Translations under genes and position numbers: made by a program
Shown here: positions 25,906 through 35,600 of the stretch, one piece after another
Numbering within the stretch: position 1 is the stretch's first letter
How the letters are laid out: every line of letters starts with the position of its first letter
Assembly (NCBI GenBank): GCA_964504985.1
Contig: CAZDFU010000001.1
Span: forward strand, 21,752-85,751
From: an uncultured Gammaproteobacteria bacterium
GTDB taxonomy: Bacteria; Patescibacteriota; Microgenomatia; Daviesbacterales; UBA10151
Length of the DNA stretch: 64,000 bases
Direction: 5' to 3'
The notes under the pieces: model-generated
What the model saw: the letters and a program-made list of their open reading frames with translations, nothing else
Databases searched by the model: none
What the model was told of the DNA's origin: nothing

Positions 25906-26443
25906 CAAGGAAGGGTTTTCCGGAGGAGCCCGCTAAACGGGCCCATGCCAAAATTTAATAGAATTTAAAGGGATTTATTAACTATATTTATTTGTGCTTA
26001 ATTTCTTACTTTCCTATTAAAAAATTTTATAGTTTATGCGGGGTCAATTTTTAAAATATATCAATATTAGGTTTAGGTCTTCCTGACAGCCTAAACTACA
26101 GATGGTTCCATATAGCTCTCATCCCCTGATAAACCGTTTTTGGGGCATTACAGGGCCTCGTGCCTAGAGAGCGGATTGGGCCCCGCGCTAAAGGCTGCTT
26201 GGCTAAAGCGGTTTGATTTTTGTTCAGCTGTTTTAATGGTTTGATGTTTGCTGCCCACAAATACTAATGTTTATTTAATTGGTCCAGTAACCTTATATAT
26301 AATCTTTGGACTGATCATTAAACTAGGAAAGTTTTTTACAAACCACTTTATGTATGCATCTTTTGTTGTCGCACAATATCTAGGGGTTGACAAACCACAC
26401 TAAAAAATGTCAAGCTGAAGTTAGGTACTAAATTGAGTATTTT

Positions 26444-27187
26444 ATGAAATTTCTTAGCCCGGTTTTATCCCTGTCTGTTATACTCACCCTATTCTTACTT
26501 AGCCCTGCCTATGCTTTGGCAGCTACTCTTTCCCTCTCCCCTTCTTCGGGCACCTTTAATAAAGGTTGTCCTTTTAGTTTGGATATTAATTTAGATACAC
26601 AAAATGCTGAAACAGACGGAACAGATGCAATCCTTCTTTATGATAATACCAGATTGACTGCTAACTCCATTGATACTGAACTGCCTCAAAAAATTTATAA
26701 TGACTTCCCAGGAAGTAATATAGATGAGGCTGCAGGCAGAATTACAGTTTCAGGATTAGCTTCAGTTTCAAGCGCTTTTAATGGCAGGGGTACAATGGCA
26801 AAAATATACTTTACAGTAAAAGATAGCGCTGCTACTGGATTAACCCAAGTTAAGTTTGACTTTACTTCTGGCGGTAAAACAACTGATTCTAATGTGGTTG
26901 AGAGAGGGTCGGTTCAGGATATATTAACATCTGTAACTAATGGCAACTACACAGTAGGAACTGGGGCCTGTGGAGCTGCTGCCGGGACGCCTTCTGTCCC
27001 TTCAACATCAGGCAACAACAATACAGTGTTTGTATCTACGCCTTCTGGTCAGGCACCCGCCACCATTGATCAGTTTGTGGACAGAGATGGAAATGGTCCA
27101 GGAGGTACGCCTCAATTAACTTTTACCTTGGCCATTGTAGGATCTGTATTGACTGTTCTGGGAATATTAGGTCTGGCGCTGCTTTAG
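26444..27187 (+). CDS. Cohesin-like domain surface protein
   Basis: Signal peptide (AYALA), TLSLSP...DINLDT...TDGTDAILLYD...GTMAKIYF pattern, S/T/P linker, C-terminal TM. Confidence 0.75.
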   Translation: MKFLSPVLSLSVILTLFLLSPAYALAATLSLSPSSGTFNKGCPFSLDINLDTQNAETDGTDAILLYDNTRLTANSIDTELPQKIYNDFPGSNIDEAAGRITVSGLASVSSAFNGRGTMAKIYFTVKDSAATGLTQVKFDFTSGGKTTDSNVVERGSVQDILTSVTNGNYTVGTGACGAAAGTPSVPSTSGNNNTVFVSTPSGQAPATIDQFVDRDGNGPGGTPQLTFTLAIVGSVLTVLGILGLALL

Positions 27188-27196
27188 GCTTTCTAA

Positions 27197-28126
27197 TTGT
27201 TTGAAAATATGACTCTTTCCGCTCTTATCACTGATTTTCTGGAATATTTGGAACTTGAGAGAAATGCTTCTCAGCTGACAATAAAAAATTATGATCATTA
27301 TTTAAAAAGGTTTCTGGAGTTTAGCAGTGATATTGATCCTAAAGATATTGACTTAAACTTAGTCAGAAAGTATAGACTCTATCTTTCCCGTTATACTGAT
27401 TCTAAGACAAATAAGCCCTTAAAAAGGGTAACCCAAAATTACTTTATGATTGCTTTAAGGGCCTTTTTAAGATATTTGGCCAGAATAGATATAACCGCTT
27501 TATCTCCTGAGAAAGTAGAGCTTGGGGAGAACGAGCCAAGTCCTTTAAAGATTTTGGATGAAACTTACCTTAAACAATTACTTGATGCCCCTGATATTTC
27601 TAAGAAAAGCGGTTTAAGGGATAAATCAATTTTAGAAATGCTTTTTTCAACAGGGCTTAGGGTTTCTGAATTGGCCTCTTTAAACCGCAGTACTATAAAT
27701 TTAAACAGACGGGAGTTTGGAATTATTGGTAAGGGAGGTAAAGAGCGGGTGGTATTTATATCAGATACTGCAGCAGACTGGCTGCAAAAATACCTTAATA
27801 TTAGAAAGGATACTTTTAAGCCTTTATTTATCCGTTTCCAGGGAAAGGTGAATCTTGAAAATCAGGGTGAAGCCATGAGGCTTACCACAAGGTCTATTGA
27901 AAGAATTGTAGAAAAATATGTAAAAGCCCTGGGTTTGCCTATAAAGGCCACACCTCATACCTTAAGGCATGTTTTTGCTACGGATTTATTAATAAATGGA
28001 GCTGATATCAGATCTGTTCAGGAAATGCTTGGGCATGCTAATATTTCTACCACTCAAATTTATACTCATGTCACCAATGCCCATTTAAAAGACGTCCACA
28101 AATCCTTTCATTCAGGAAATAAGTAA
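27197..28126 (+). CDS. Xer-family tyrosine recombinase (XerA/C/D-like)
   Basis: FSTGLRVSEL, GKGGKER, HTLRH, LGHANISTTQIYTH catalytic residues; alternative ATG at 27209. Confidence 0.95.
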   Translation: MFENMTLSALITDFLEYLELERNASQLTIKNYDHYLKRFLEFSSDIDPKDIDLNLVRKYRLYLSRYTDSKTNKPLKRVTQNYFMIALRAFLRYLARIDITALSPEKVELGENEPSPLKILDETYLKQLLDAPDISKKSGLRDKSILEMLFSTGLRVSELASLNRSTINLNRREFGIIGKGGKERVVFISDTAADWLQKYLNIRKDTFKPLFIRFQGKVNLENQGEAMRLTTRSIERIVEKYVKALGLPIKATPHTLRHVFATDLLINGADIRSVQEMLGHANISTTQIYTHVTNAHLKDVHKSFHSGNK

Positions 28127-28137
28127 TCCAGGGAAAG

Positions 28138-28899
28138 TTATTGATAAAGGCTTTTTCTGTCTGCCTCTGATAGTATTTCAACACCGCTTATAACATCAAT
28201 AGGCAGAGGCTTCTTGGATACAATCATTATTTCTCTTTCGGCTTCATATCCTGGTTTTGCGTGATCAAGTATTTTTGAACTATAATAAATCACAACGCCT
28301 CTTCTTTTGAAGCATTCAGAAATAACTTGTTGTAAATCTTTAACAGCCCGCTCTGAATTTTCAAATGCCCTTTGATGTGAAAAATCAAGCGGGTGATAAT
28401 CTGGTCCTGTTATTGCTAATAAACTTTCATCTTCATCCCACAACGCTGAATCAGATGGAAAAAGTATACTGGCTAGGATATATATTTGTCTGGCATGAAG
28501 TCTTACTTTAAATTTTTCATTGAAAGGATGTTCAATTGCATGCTTAAGTGCATAGTCTTTGGAAGATTTATGTTGACGCCTCCATGATAATTCTTCTTTA
28601 ATCTCTTCAGGAAAGTCCCCGTATTTTTCAATAATTCCCTCTAAAAGAACTTTAGCCCTTGGATTGCTATTTTCCTCCAATCTTTCATAGATAGGTAATG
28701 CATAATATAAATGCCCCCCATTTTCCATGACCTCTTTTTGGTAAGGAAGCATATCCTCTGCTGCAGGTGCATTATAGGGAACCTGGCCTGTTTGTAAGGC
28801 CTTTGTTAAAAACTCTGCTGAGGTACCGTAAAGAGCTATAGCATCCTTATGATAACCATGCTCAACCCACTGATCTAATTGCTCTAAATTAACAGGCAT
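28138..28899 (-). CDS. Hypothetical protein, possible ADP-ribosyltransferase-like fold
   Basis: LYGTS...L..ALQTG, GHLYY, RGVVIYY, EAERE, LPIDVISGVE pattern; weak, inferred by eye. Confidence 0.45.
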   Translation of the reverse strand: MPVNLEQLDQWVEHGYHKDAIALYGTSAEFLTKALQTGQVPYNAPAAEDMLPYQKEVMENGGHLYYALPIYERLEENSNPRAKVLLEGIIEKYGDFPEEIKEELSWRRQHKSSKDYALKHAIEHPFNEKFKVRLHARQIYILASILFPSDSALWDEDESLLAITGPDYHPLDFSHQRAFENSERAVKDLQQVISECFKRRGVVIYYSSKILDHAKPGYEAEREIMIVSKKPLPIDVISGVEILSEADRKSLYQ

Positions 28900-28971
28900 A
28901 ATAAGAGACCTATAGTTTATCACTTAGGATCTTGAGAGCCAACTGACTTACCTTAGCGGTGGATGATTGGG

Positions 28972-29319
28972 TTATTTCTTTAGATTTTTTAATAGATGCG
29001 AGAGGATTGTTGAGGTCAAAGATATCACAAGCGATGCCAGGATGGCTGAAAGAAAACCTGATATTTTCATCCCAGGCACAATTGCTGCTGCCAGCCATAA
29101 GACAAGCGCATTAATAACAAAAGTAAAAAGCCCAAGTGTTAAAAAGTTTAAAGGCAGAGTTAATAAAAGTAGAATTGGTTTAATAACTGCATTTAAAAGC
29201 CCTAATACCACTGCTGCTAAAAGGGCTGTTGGGAAGCTTTCTATTTTAAATCCAGGAACTATATTTGCTGCTATAAGAAGAGAAAGTGCTGAAAAAAGCC
29301 AAGTAAGCAAAAGACCCAT
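28972..29319 (-). CDS. 4-TM phage holin-like family membrane protein (YvlD-like)
   Basis: VPG, ALLAAVVLGLLNAVIKPILLLLTLPLNFLTLGLFTFVINA signature. Confidence 0.88.
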   Translation of the reverse strand: MGLLLTWLFSALSLLIAANIVPGFKIESFPTALLAAVVLGLLNAVIKPILLLLTLPLNFLTLGLFTFVINALVLWLAAAIVPGMKISGFLSAILASLVISLTSTILSHLLKNLKK

Positions 29320-29407
29320 TGATTCATTAATCTCATAAATATTTTAGATTGTCAATGATTGACAAGCCAAACATGCTTATGTAATATTGTTTGGCTGCCC
29401 CTGCAAA

Positions 29408-30430
29408 ATGGCAAGAACTGACTTTGTTATCCCTTCGCTTGGAAATAAATTTGTAGATTTAAGAGAGGTAATTCCTGGTGATTCTTTTAATTGGAGTTGG
29501 GTTAGGGCACTTTCCGGGGTTAATTATTTAGCAATTCATCATACAGCAGGCCCTGATACACAAACTCCCGCCCAGATTGCAAATTTCCATATTAACAGCA
29601 ATGGTTGGGGTGGCATTGGTTATCACTTTTTAATCTCCAAAGATGGGGTAGTTTATTATGTGGGTGATATTGCAACAGCCCGGGCTAATGTGGCTAATTT
29701 AAATGATGCTGTTATTGGTATTTGTTTAATTGGAAACTTTACAGCAGGCAAAGAGCCTACCTTAGCACAGATAGACTCTGCAAATAAACTTTGCGACTTT
29801 TTTATCAACAACTATCCTCCCCTTTCCAATGTAGATTCCTGGGATAAAGTGCGGGGCCATAAAGATTTACCTAACCAATCAACTGTTTGTCCGGGAGATG
29901 CTTGGCAAAGCTGGAGGGCCAGATTGGTATCAGCGCCACCTTCCCCTACCCCTGCTCCAGCTCCAACTCCTGCTCCAACTCCGGAGGACCGGGGGGCCCA
30001 GATTACAGAAAGTTATAGAACTGTTTTAGGAAGGGATCCTGATATGGGAGGATTACAAACTTATACCAACAGTCCCTTGAGTATAGACCAGATAATCCGT
30101 TCTATGGTGGAATCCCAGGAACATAAGGATCTTATAAGTTCAGCCAAAGAATCAGCTGGATTTAAATCTCAAATTGAAAATTTACAAACAACCCTTACCT
30201 CAGTTAACCAGCAATTAATAAGTCTGCAAGAAGCCTTACAAGACAGAGAGGCAGAAATTGCCCAGCTTAAAAAATCTTTGGCTGAAAAAGCAGTGGTTAC
30301 GCCTGGCGAAATACCTTCCCCTAAGTATGATGAGACTGTACAAAAACCAGACACTACCTTGACAATAGTAGGCGCTTTGATTAACTTATATAAGTTTATC
30401 TTCCCGCCCAGAAAGGAAGCTCCAATCTAA
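29408..30430 (+). CDS. N-acetylmuramoyl-L-alanine amidase (Amidase_2) with Pro-rich linker, helical domain and coiled coil
   Basis: AIHHTAG, GWGGIGYHF, IGICLIGNF, GHKD...TVCPG; (PAP/PTP)n linker; YRTVLGRDPD; no signal peptide. Confidence 0.88.
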   Translation: MARTDFVIPSLGNKFVDLREVIPGDSFNWSWVRALSGVNYLAIHHTAGPDTQTPAQIANFHINSNGWGGIGYHFLISKDGVVYYVGDIATARANVANLNDAVIGICLIGNFTAGKEPTLAQIDSANKLCDFFINNYPPLSNVDSWDKVRGHKDLPNQSTVCPGDAWQSWRARLVSAPPSPTPAPAPTPAPTPEDRGAQITESYRTVLGRDPDMGGLQTYTNSPLSIDQIIRSMVESQEHKDLISSAKESAGFKSQIENLQTTLTSVNQQLISLQEALQDREAEIAQLKKSLAEKAVVTPGEIPSPKYDETVQKPDTTLTIVGALINLYKFIFPPRKEAPI

Positions 30431-30448
30431 TCTGATTGGTAGTGTAAT

Positions 30449-30742
30449 TTGGATCAAATAAATTTATCTCCCCTGTCTATTATTTTTGCTTTTGCAACTT
30501 TAAATGAATCACTTATAGAATATTTATTTGGAAATGTTAAGCAGTTAAGGCCTTATTTGCCTCTTTTGGCGCTGGCAACATCAGTTTTTTTAACTTTTAC
30601 TTATCAGGTAAATATTTTATCTATGATTTTAGGTATTGAGAGTAACAACCCATTTTTGGATTTTCTTTTATCAGGTTTTATAGTTTCCAGAGGTTCAAAC
30701 TTTGTTAATGACATGGTGCAAAGATTTTTACGAAGTAAATAG
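30449..30742 (+). CDS. Small holin-like membrane protein
   Basis: Three hydrophobic segments, SGFIVSRGSNFVND motif reminiscent of phage holins; TTG start; follows the amidase. Confidence 0.6.
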   Translation: MDQINLSPLSIIFAFATLNESLIEYLFGNVKQLRPYLPLLALATSVFLTFTYQVNILSMILGIESNNPFLDFLLSGFIVSRGSNFVNDMVQRFLRSK

Positions 30743-30755
30743 AGTCCAGAGTAAT

Positions 30756-30968
30756 TTAGGGGGTGGGTTTTCCGGCAAAGCCATATACCCAAAAGTCACC
30801 GGAAAAACCTATTACTTGATATGGCCAAGTTAAGATAACGCTATAAAATCCTGGAGAAAGAAAAGATAAAGCTGGCCACCTGTAATAGAGGGCAAATAGA
30901 ATTGCTGTAACAAAACCAACCATAAAGTACGCTGTTGCTATGGTAGAAATTAAAGAACTTCTCTTCAT
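30756..30968 (-). CDS. Small membrane protein
   Basis: 70-aa hydrophobic ORF directly downstream of gyrA. Confidence 0.6.
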   Translation of the reverse strand: MKRSSLISTIATAYFMVGFVTAILFALYYRWPALSFLSPGFYSVILTWPYQVIGFSGDFWVYGFAGKPTP

Positions 30969-30969
30969 T

Positions 30970-33900
30970 TTATGATCCTATTTTTTCTTTAGAAGACACA
31001 ACTGTTGCTGCTGCTACCCTCTCTCCTGTCCTTACCCTCATTAATATTACTCCCTGGGTTTGTCTTTGCAGGGTTGGAACCTCTTTTAGATCCATTTTTA
31101 TAAGTTGTCCTTTGGTAGAAGTTAAAACTAATGTATCCATTAAGGGGTTTATGGCTTGGGCTGTCACAATAGGCCCTGTTTTGGTTGTAACCTGGGCAGC
31201 TTTAACGCCTTGTCCTCCCCTCCCCTGTTTGCTCCAGCTGGAAAACTTGGTTTTTTTACCCAATCCATTTTCCATTATAACCAAAAGTTCATCATCCTGG
31301 TTTTCTATAAAAGTCAGGGATACTACTTCGTCTGACCCACTAAGCCTTATTCCCCTAACCCCTGAGGTATCCCTATGAGTTGGTTTAACCTGTGATTCTG
31401 AGAAACGGATTGATTTTCCGCCTCTTGAGACTATAATCAAATCATCTTTCCCAGAGGTGGGACAAACCCAGCCCAACTCATCATCTTTATCAAGTTTAAT
31501 TGCTACCAGGCCGTTTTTGCGGATATTGGCATATTCAGTTATGGCAGTCTTTTTAACAGTGCCTTTTTTAGTGCACATGAAGAAAAATTTGGCTGCTTCC
31601 TCTTTTTGGCGGGTTGTTAAGACAGCGGTAACTTTTTCCCCCTGTTCAATATTGATTAAATTAACCACAGCCTGGCCTTTTGCAGCTCTTTGGGTTTCAG
31701 GAATCTCCCAGACTTTAATCTGAAAGACTCTGCCTTTGTCTGTGAAAAATAAAATACTGTCATGAGTTTGGGTATAAAAAATATGTGAAACAGCATCTGT
31801 GTCCTTGGTTGATATACCCATTACCCCTTTGCCACCGCGCTGCTGGGTTCTAAAAGAGTGTGGTGATTGTCTTTTGATATACCCGCCTTCTGTAATGGTT
31901 GCAATTGTTGTCTCATTTGCCACCAAATCTTCTTCTGAAAACTCCCCAACTTTTTGTTTATAAACCCTGGTTCTTCTATCATCTGCATATTTTTCCTTAA
32001 TTTTTATAAGTTCATCTTTAATTACTTTAAGGATCTTTTCTGGATGTGCTAATAAATCTTCCGGATAGGCAATGGTTTCCCTTACCATTTTTAACTCATC
32101 CTCAATTTTTTGTCTTTCCAAAGCAGCAAGACGCCTTAGCTGCATATCCAAAATGGCAACAGCCTGGATTTCTGTTAATTTGAATTTATCCATCAAATTC
32201 TGTCTTGCAGAATCAGCATCCTTGGATTTTTTAATAGTCTCAATAACTTCGTCGATATTATCAACTGCAATTTTTAGCCCTTCCAAAATATGTTCCCTGG
32301 CTTTGGCTTCTGCCAGTTCAAATTCAGATCTTTTGGTGACAACTACAATTCTATGATGGGTAAATTCTTCTAAGATTCTTTTTAAGGTTAAAAGATGAGG
32401 CACTCCATCTGAAAGGGCTACCAGATTAACATTAAAAACCGACTGCATGGACGTATATTTGTAAAGATTATTTAAAATAGACTGTGGCTTGGCATCCCTT
32501 TTTAGGTCAAAAACAATCCTGACCATTTGTTTTCTGTCTGATTCATCCCTTAGATCTGCAATGCCTTCTAATTTTTTATCTTTAACAAGGTCTGCAATTC
32601 TGGCAATTAAGGTTGCTTTATTTACCTGGTACGGCAGCTCGGAAACAATAATCTGCATTTTTCCCTGTGGTGTTTCATCTATTTCTGCTTTGGCTCTCAT
32701 AACTATTCTGCCCTTACCAGTAGCATAAGCTGATAAAATTTCTGTTTGATCATAAATAGATGCGCCTGTAGGAAAATCTGGGCCTTTAATAAATTGCATC
32801 AGGTCCTCAACATTTGCCTCAGAGCGGAAAACTTTATCAGAATGAGGTTGTTCACCTGAATTTTCAGGAGCTTGAGGTTTTAATTTAGCATCTGGTTTTT
32901 CTGGATGCTCTATTAGATAAATCAAAGCATCACATACCTCCCCCAGATTATGAGGCGGGATTTGAGTAGCCATACCAACAGCAATACCAGAGGCTCCATT
33001 TAAAAGTAAGTTTGGTATAACAGAAGGCAGGAGTATTGGTTCTTTGGTTGTTCCAGAATAATTATCAATAAAATCAACAGTTTTTTTATTTATATCCCTT
33101 AAAAGCTCATCAGCTATGGCAGATAATCTAGCTTCAGTATTATGGTTTATAAAACCATTTCCTACAAAAGAATGACATTTGCTGTCTACTTTTAAAGAAT
33201 ACACAGTTTGAATTCCACCGTCTTCTATTTGGGAGACAGAATCAAATAGGTAATTATTTGAAATTAAATGTTCAAATAATAATTGGGTATCGAGTTTTAA
33301 AGTTGGTATAACAGTTGGCACTATCTGGCTATAATTTGAGGTTAAATTAGCATAGCGGTCAAAATTATGTTTTATAGCAAATTCACGTTTGACATAGGAT
33401 AAATTATGGTCTAACTGGCCTAGAACATATTTTCTTAAGAAAGGGACATAATCCAAAAGTGATGAATCTTTATGTAAGGAAAATAATATTTTTTCTAATT
33501 TCCCATTTTTATGTTCAGATAAAAAACCAATTTCTCTTTGGAATAACCTGTAATTCCTAAGACCTCTTATATATAACTTATGAGTTGACCTAAATTTATC
33601 AAATCTTTTAGTTGAGGCAATACCAAATCTTAAAAGGATAATTTGTAATTGACTAATAAGCTTTTCACTTACAGATATAGCTGATAACTCAACCATTTTT
33701 ATACTGCTGCTTATACTTCCATCACCTTCAAAATAAGCCTGCAAAAATCTAGCAACTACTTCTTTAGAAGATTGTAGGATAACTTGAGGGATTTCTTTTT
33801 GTGCTGCTTTAAGAGGGTTTAAGCCTAGGTTTTTCAAAAACTCAATAATATATAAACTATGGATCTCTAATCTATAATATGGTTTCTTACCATAAGAGCT

Positions 33901-34842
33901 TGGTTGTTTTAAAAATTTATGTAAATGACAATCAGGGAAAACCTCTTTCCAAATCATCTCAAATTCATTTATCCAGTTTTCATCACTGTTGCAAAATTCA
34001 ATTTTTTTCTTTCCTACATATCCTTCTGAAATAAGTGCCCCCAGAATATATGCTAAATCAGAATTTAAAGTTTTTGGTAAAATTTTAACCTCAGTCCTAT
34101 AACTTGGATCTTTAGGAATGAATTCCTTTAGAGATATTTCCCCTGTTGGCCAGATGAGATCTGAGGTTCTATCGATAACAGTTATATCCCCTTTTCCGAT
34201 TTGACTAAGTAGTTTCCATTTATACTCAGGTTTACCGGTAATTGGATTTTTAACCCATGTTAACAAAGGATGATTATGAGATCCTTGAATGGTAAATCCC
34301 TGGTTTGTTGTAATCTTGATTGTTGGGTGATGGCCACTATCAAACCATTTTGAAGTTTTATTAATAGTGCGGTTTCTGGAAAGTATTGATGTTTTAAAAT
34401 CCTCTGATTGATTTGGTGAAATATCTTTAATTTGTTGAAGACCTTTTTCAGTAACTATTAAAGTATCACCAGTAATGCAATACCGCATGGCTGCTGGTGA
34501 ATCCCCGTCAATTGAACCAAAATTTCCCTGGCCATCAATTAGCATATACCTCATAGAAAAATTCTGAGCCATTCTAACCATAGCCTCATAAACAGGGGCA
34601 TCTCCGTGTGGATGAAGATTTTTCAAAACTTCTCCCACCACTGCTGCAGATTTTTGATACCTGGAGGTATGGTGCAGGCCTTGTTCAGACATGGCAAAGA
34701 TAATTCTTCTTTGAACAGGTTTAAGGCCATCTCTTACATCAGGCAAGGCACGGGACACTATAACGCTCATGGCGTAATCCAGATAGGATTTTTGCATTTC
34801 TTCAATAATAGGAGCTGGTTGAACTTTTCCGATATTTGCCAT
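30970..34842 (-). CDS. gyrA: DNA gyrase subunit A, intein-containing
   Basis: [26 protein letters not shown]|intein|TEARL, GyrA-box QQRGGKG, C-terminal pinwheel repeats. Confidence 0.98.
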   Translation of the reverse strand: MANIGKVQPAPIIEEMQKSYLDYAMSVIVSRALPDVRDGLKPVQRRIIFAMSEQGLHHTSRYQKSAAVVGEVLKNLHPHGDAPVYEAMVRMAQNFSMRYMLIDGQGNFGSIDGDSPAAMRYCITGDTLIVTEKGLQQIKDISPNQSEDFKTSILSRNRTINKTSKWFDSGHHPTIKITTNQGFTIQGSHNHPLLTWVKNPITGKPEYKWKLLSQIGKGDITVIDRTSDLIWPTGEISLKEFIPKDPSYRTEVKILPKTLNSDLAYILGALISEGYVGKKKIEFCNSDENWINEFEMIWKEVFPDCHLHKFLKQPSSYGKKPYYRLEIHSLYIIEFLKNLGLNPLKAAQKEIPQVILQSSKEVVARFLQAYFEGDGSISSSIKMVELSAISVSEKLISQLQIILLRFGIASTKRFDKFRSTHKLYIRGLRNYRLFQREIGFLSEHKNGKLEKILFSLHKDSSLLDYVPFLRKYVLGQLDHNLSYVKREFAIKHNFDRYANLTSNYSQIVPTVIPTLKLDTQLLFEHLISNNYLFDSVSQIEDGGIQTVYSLKVDSKCHSFVGNGFINHNTEARLSAIADELLRDINKKTVDFIDNYSGTTKEPILLPSVIPNLLLNGASGIAVGMATQIPPHNLGEVCDALIYLIEHPEKPDAKLKPQAPENSGEQPHSDKVFRSEANVEDLMQFIKGPDFPTGASIYDQTEILSAYATGKGRIVMRAKAEIDETPQGKMQIIVSELPYQVNKATLIARIADLVKDKKLEGIADLRDESDRKQMVRIVFDLKRDAKPQSILNNLYKYTSMQSVFNVNLVALSDGVPHLLTLKRILEEFTHHRIVVVTKRSEFELAEAKAREHILEGLKIAVDNIDEVIETIKKSKDADSARQNLMDKFKLTEIQAVAILDMQLRRLAALERQKIEDELKMVRETIAYPEDLLAHPEKILKVIKDELIKIKEKYADDRRTRVYKQKVGEFSEEDLVANETTIATITEGGYIKRQSPHSFRTQQRGGKGVMGISTKDTDAVSHIFYTQTHDSILFFTDKGRVFQIKVWEIPETQRAAKGQAVVNLINIEQGEKVTAVLTTRQKEEAAKFFFMCTKKGTVKKTAITEYANIRKNGLVAIKLDKDDELGWVCPTSGKDDLIIVSRGGKSIRFSESQVKPTHRDTSGVRGIRLSGSDEVVSLTFIENQDDELLVIMENGLGKKTKFSSWSKQGRGGQGVKAAQVTTKTGPIVTAQAINPLMDTLVLTSTKGQLIKMDLKEVPTLQRQTQGVILMRVRTGERVAAATVVSSKEKIGS
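33139..34479 (-). mobile_element. Intein (447 aa) with LAGLIDADG homing endonuclease, inserted right after the GyrA catalytic Tyr
   Basis: Starts CITGDT, ends GFINHN, +1 residue Thr; block B GSHNHP; [12 protein letters not shown] and [10 protein letters not shown] motifs. Confidence 0.96.
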
Positions 34843-34927
34843 AAATTGAGGCCTGAAAAAAGAGCTTGCGCCCGGATTTGATTATACCTGTTTTAGCTTC
34901 TTATAAGCAAGACACAATATAGCTAAG

Positions 34928-35572
34928 CTAAGAAGATAAAGGGTGTTTTTTGGGCCAGGTTTTCCAGGCCATTTTATTTCCGGAGGAAAGAACTTGTCCA
35001 TCTCTGTATAAAGGAAATTCATCTTTTTCAACTTCATGAAGATGATCAGGATTTTTGATATGATCATAAAATAAAATTCCATTAAGGTGATCAATTTCAT
35101 GTTGGAAAATCCTGGCTATGTAACCGGTCCATTTTTCCTCTATAGAAGTCAACCTGGGAGGTTGTTTAGCTAGACGGCCTAGGGATTTTAAGACAATTGC
35201 CCTGATTTTAATGGCTTTCGGTCTGGAAACAATACCGCAGATTTTGCCGGTTGAGTAACAACCCTCATACCATTTTGCTTTTGTTTTAGAACTCCATATA
35301 ATTTCTGGATTAACATATATTCTTAAATCGCCTACTTTTCCTCTTCCATTAGCTTTTGTATCAACCAAAATAATTCTTTTTGAAATACCAATTTGAGGGG
35401 CAGCAAGTCCAACCATAATTGGTTTTTTACTATTTTTTTGTTCCCCATGAGCAATTTTAAGCATTTTTTCTATAATTTTTTTAGTTTGATTGGAAAGAAT
35501 TTCTTGCGCTGGTATTTTTGAAGATCTTTTTTTAAGAAGCAGATTATTAGGTTTTAGAAATAAATTTCTCAT
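34928..35572 (-). CDS. def: Peptide deformylase
   Basis: VGLAAPQIG, EGCYS, QHEIDHLNG; repeat-derived insertion KSLGRLAKQPPRLT; start moved to ATG 35572. Confidence 0.93.
   Translation of the reverse strand: MRNLFLKPNNLLLKKRSSKIPAQEILSNQTKKIIEKMLKIAHGEQKNSKKPIMVGLAAPQIGISKRIILVDTKANGRGKVGDLRIYVNPEIIWSSKTKAKWYEGCYSTGKICGIVSRPKAIKIRAIVLKSLGRLAKQPPRLTSIEEKWTGYIARIFQHEIDHLNGILFYDHIKNPDHLHEVEKDEFPLYRDGQVLSSGNKMAWKTWPKKHPLSS
35148..35189 (-). repeat. Composite palindromic element in frame inside def
   Basis: Minus strand AAAATCCCTAGGCCGTCTAGCTAAACAACCTCCCAGGTTGAC, colinear with the 8442-8482 element. Confidence 0.85.
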
Positions 35573-35600
35573 TTTCCCGGGTTGAGTATATAATATTCCA

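Noticed and set aside
25537-26097. 11-bp inverted repeat AGTTTAGGCTG / CAGCCTAAACT bracketing the dif region as possible MITE ends
   Set aside because: No target duplication or second copy was seen, and one 11-bp match in ~900 bp could arise by chance.
29930-29985. Tandem repeats encoding PSPTPAPAPTPAPTP (and KGSKGSKG in ddl near 36390-36422)
   Set aside because: These have codon-multiple periods explained by protein linkers or loops and are not part of the 7-nt array class.
27197-30968. Prophage remnant (recombinase + holin + amidase)
   Set aside because: The recombinase is Xer-type with a dif-like site rather than a phage integrase, and there are no structural, packaging or replication genes.
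32055-32070. Proline within a GyrA coiled coil (TIAYPEDLL, where Leu is expected)
   Set aside because: A single-base difference that could be a sequencing or consensus error; it cannot be judged without reads.
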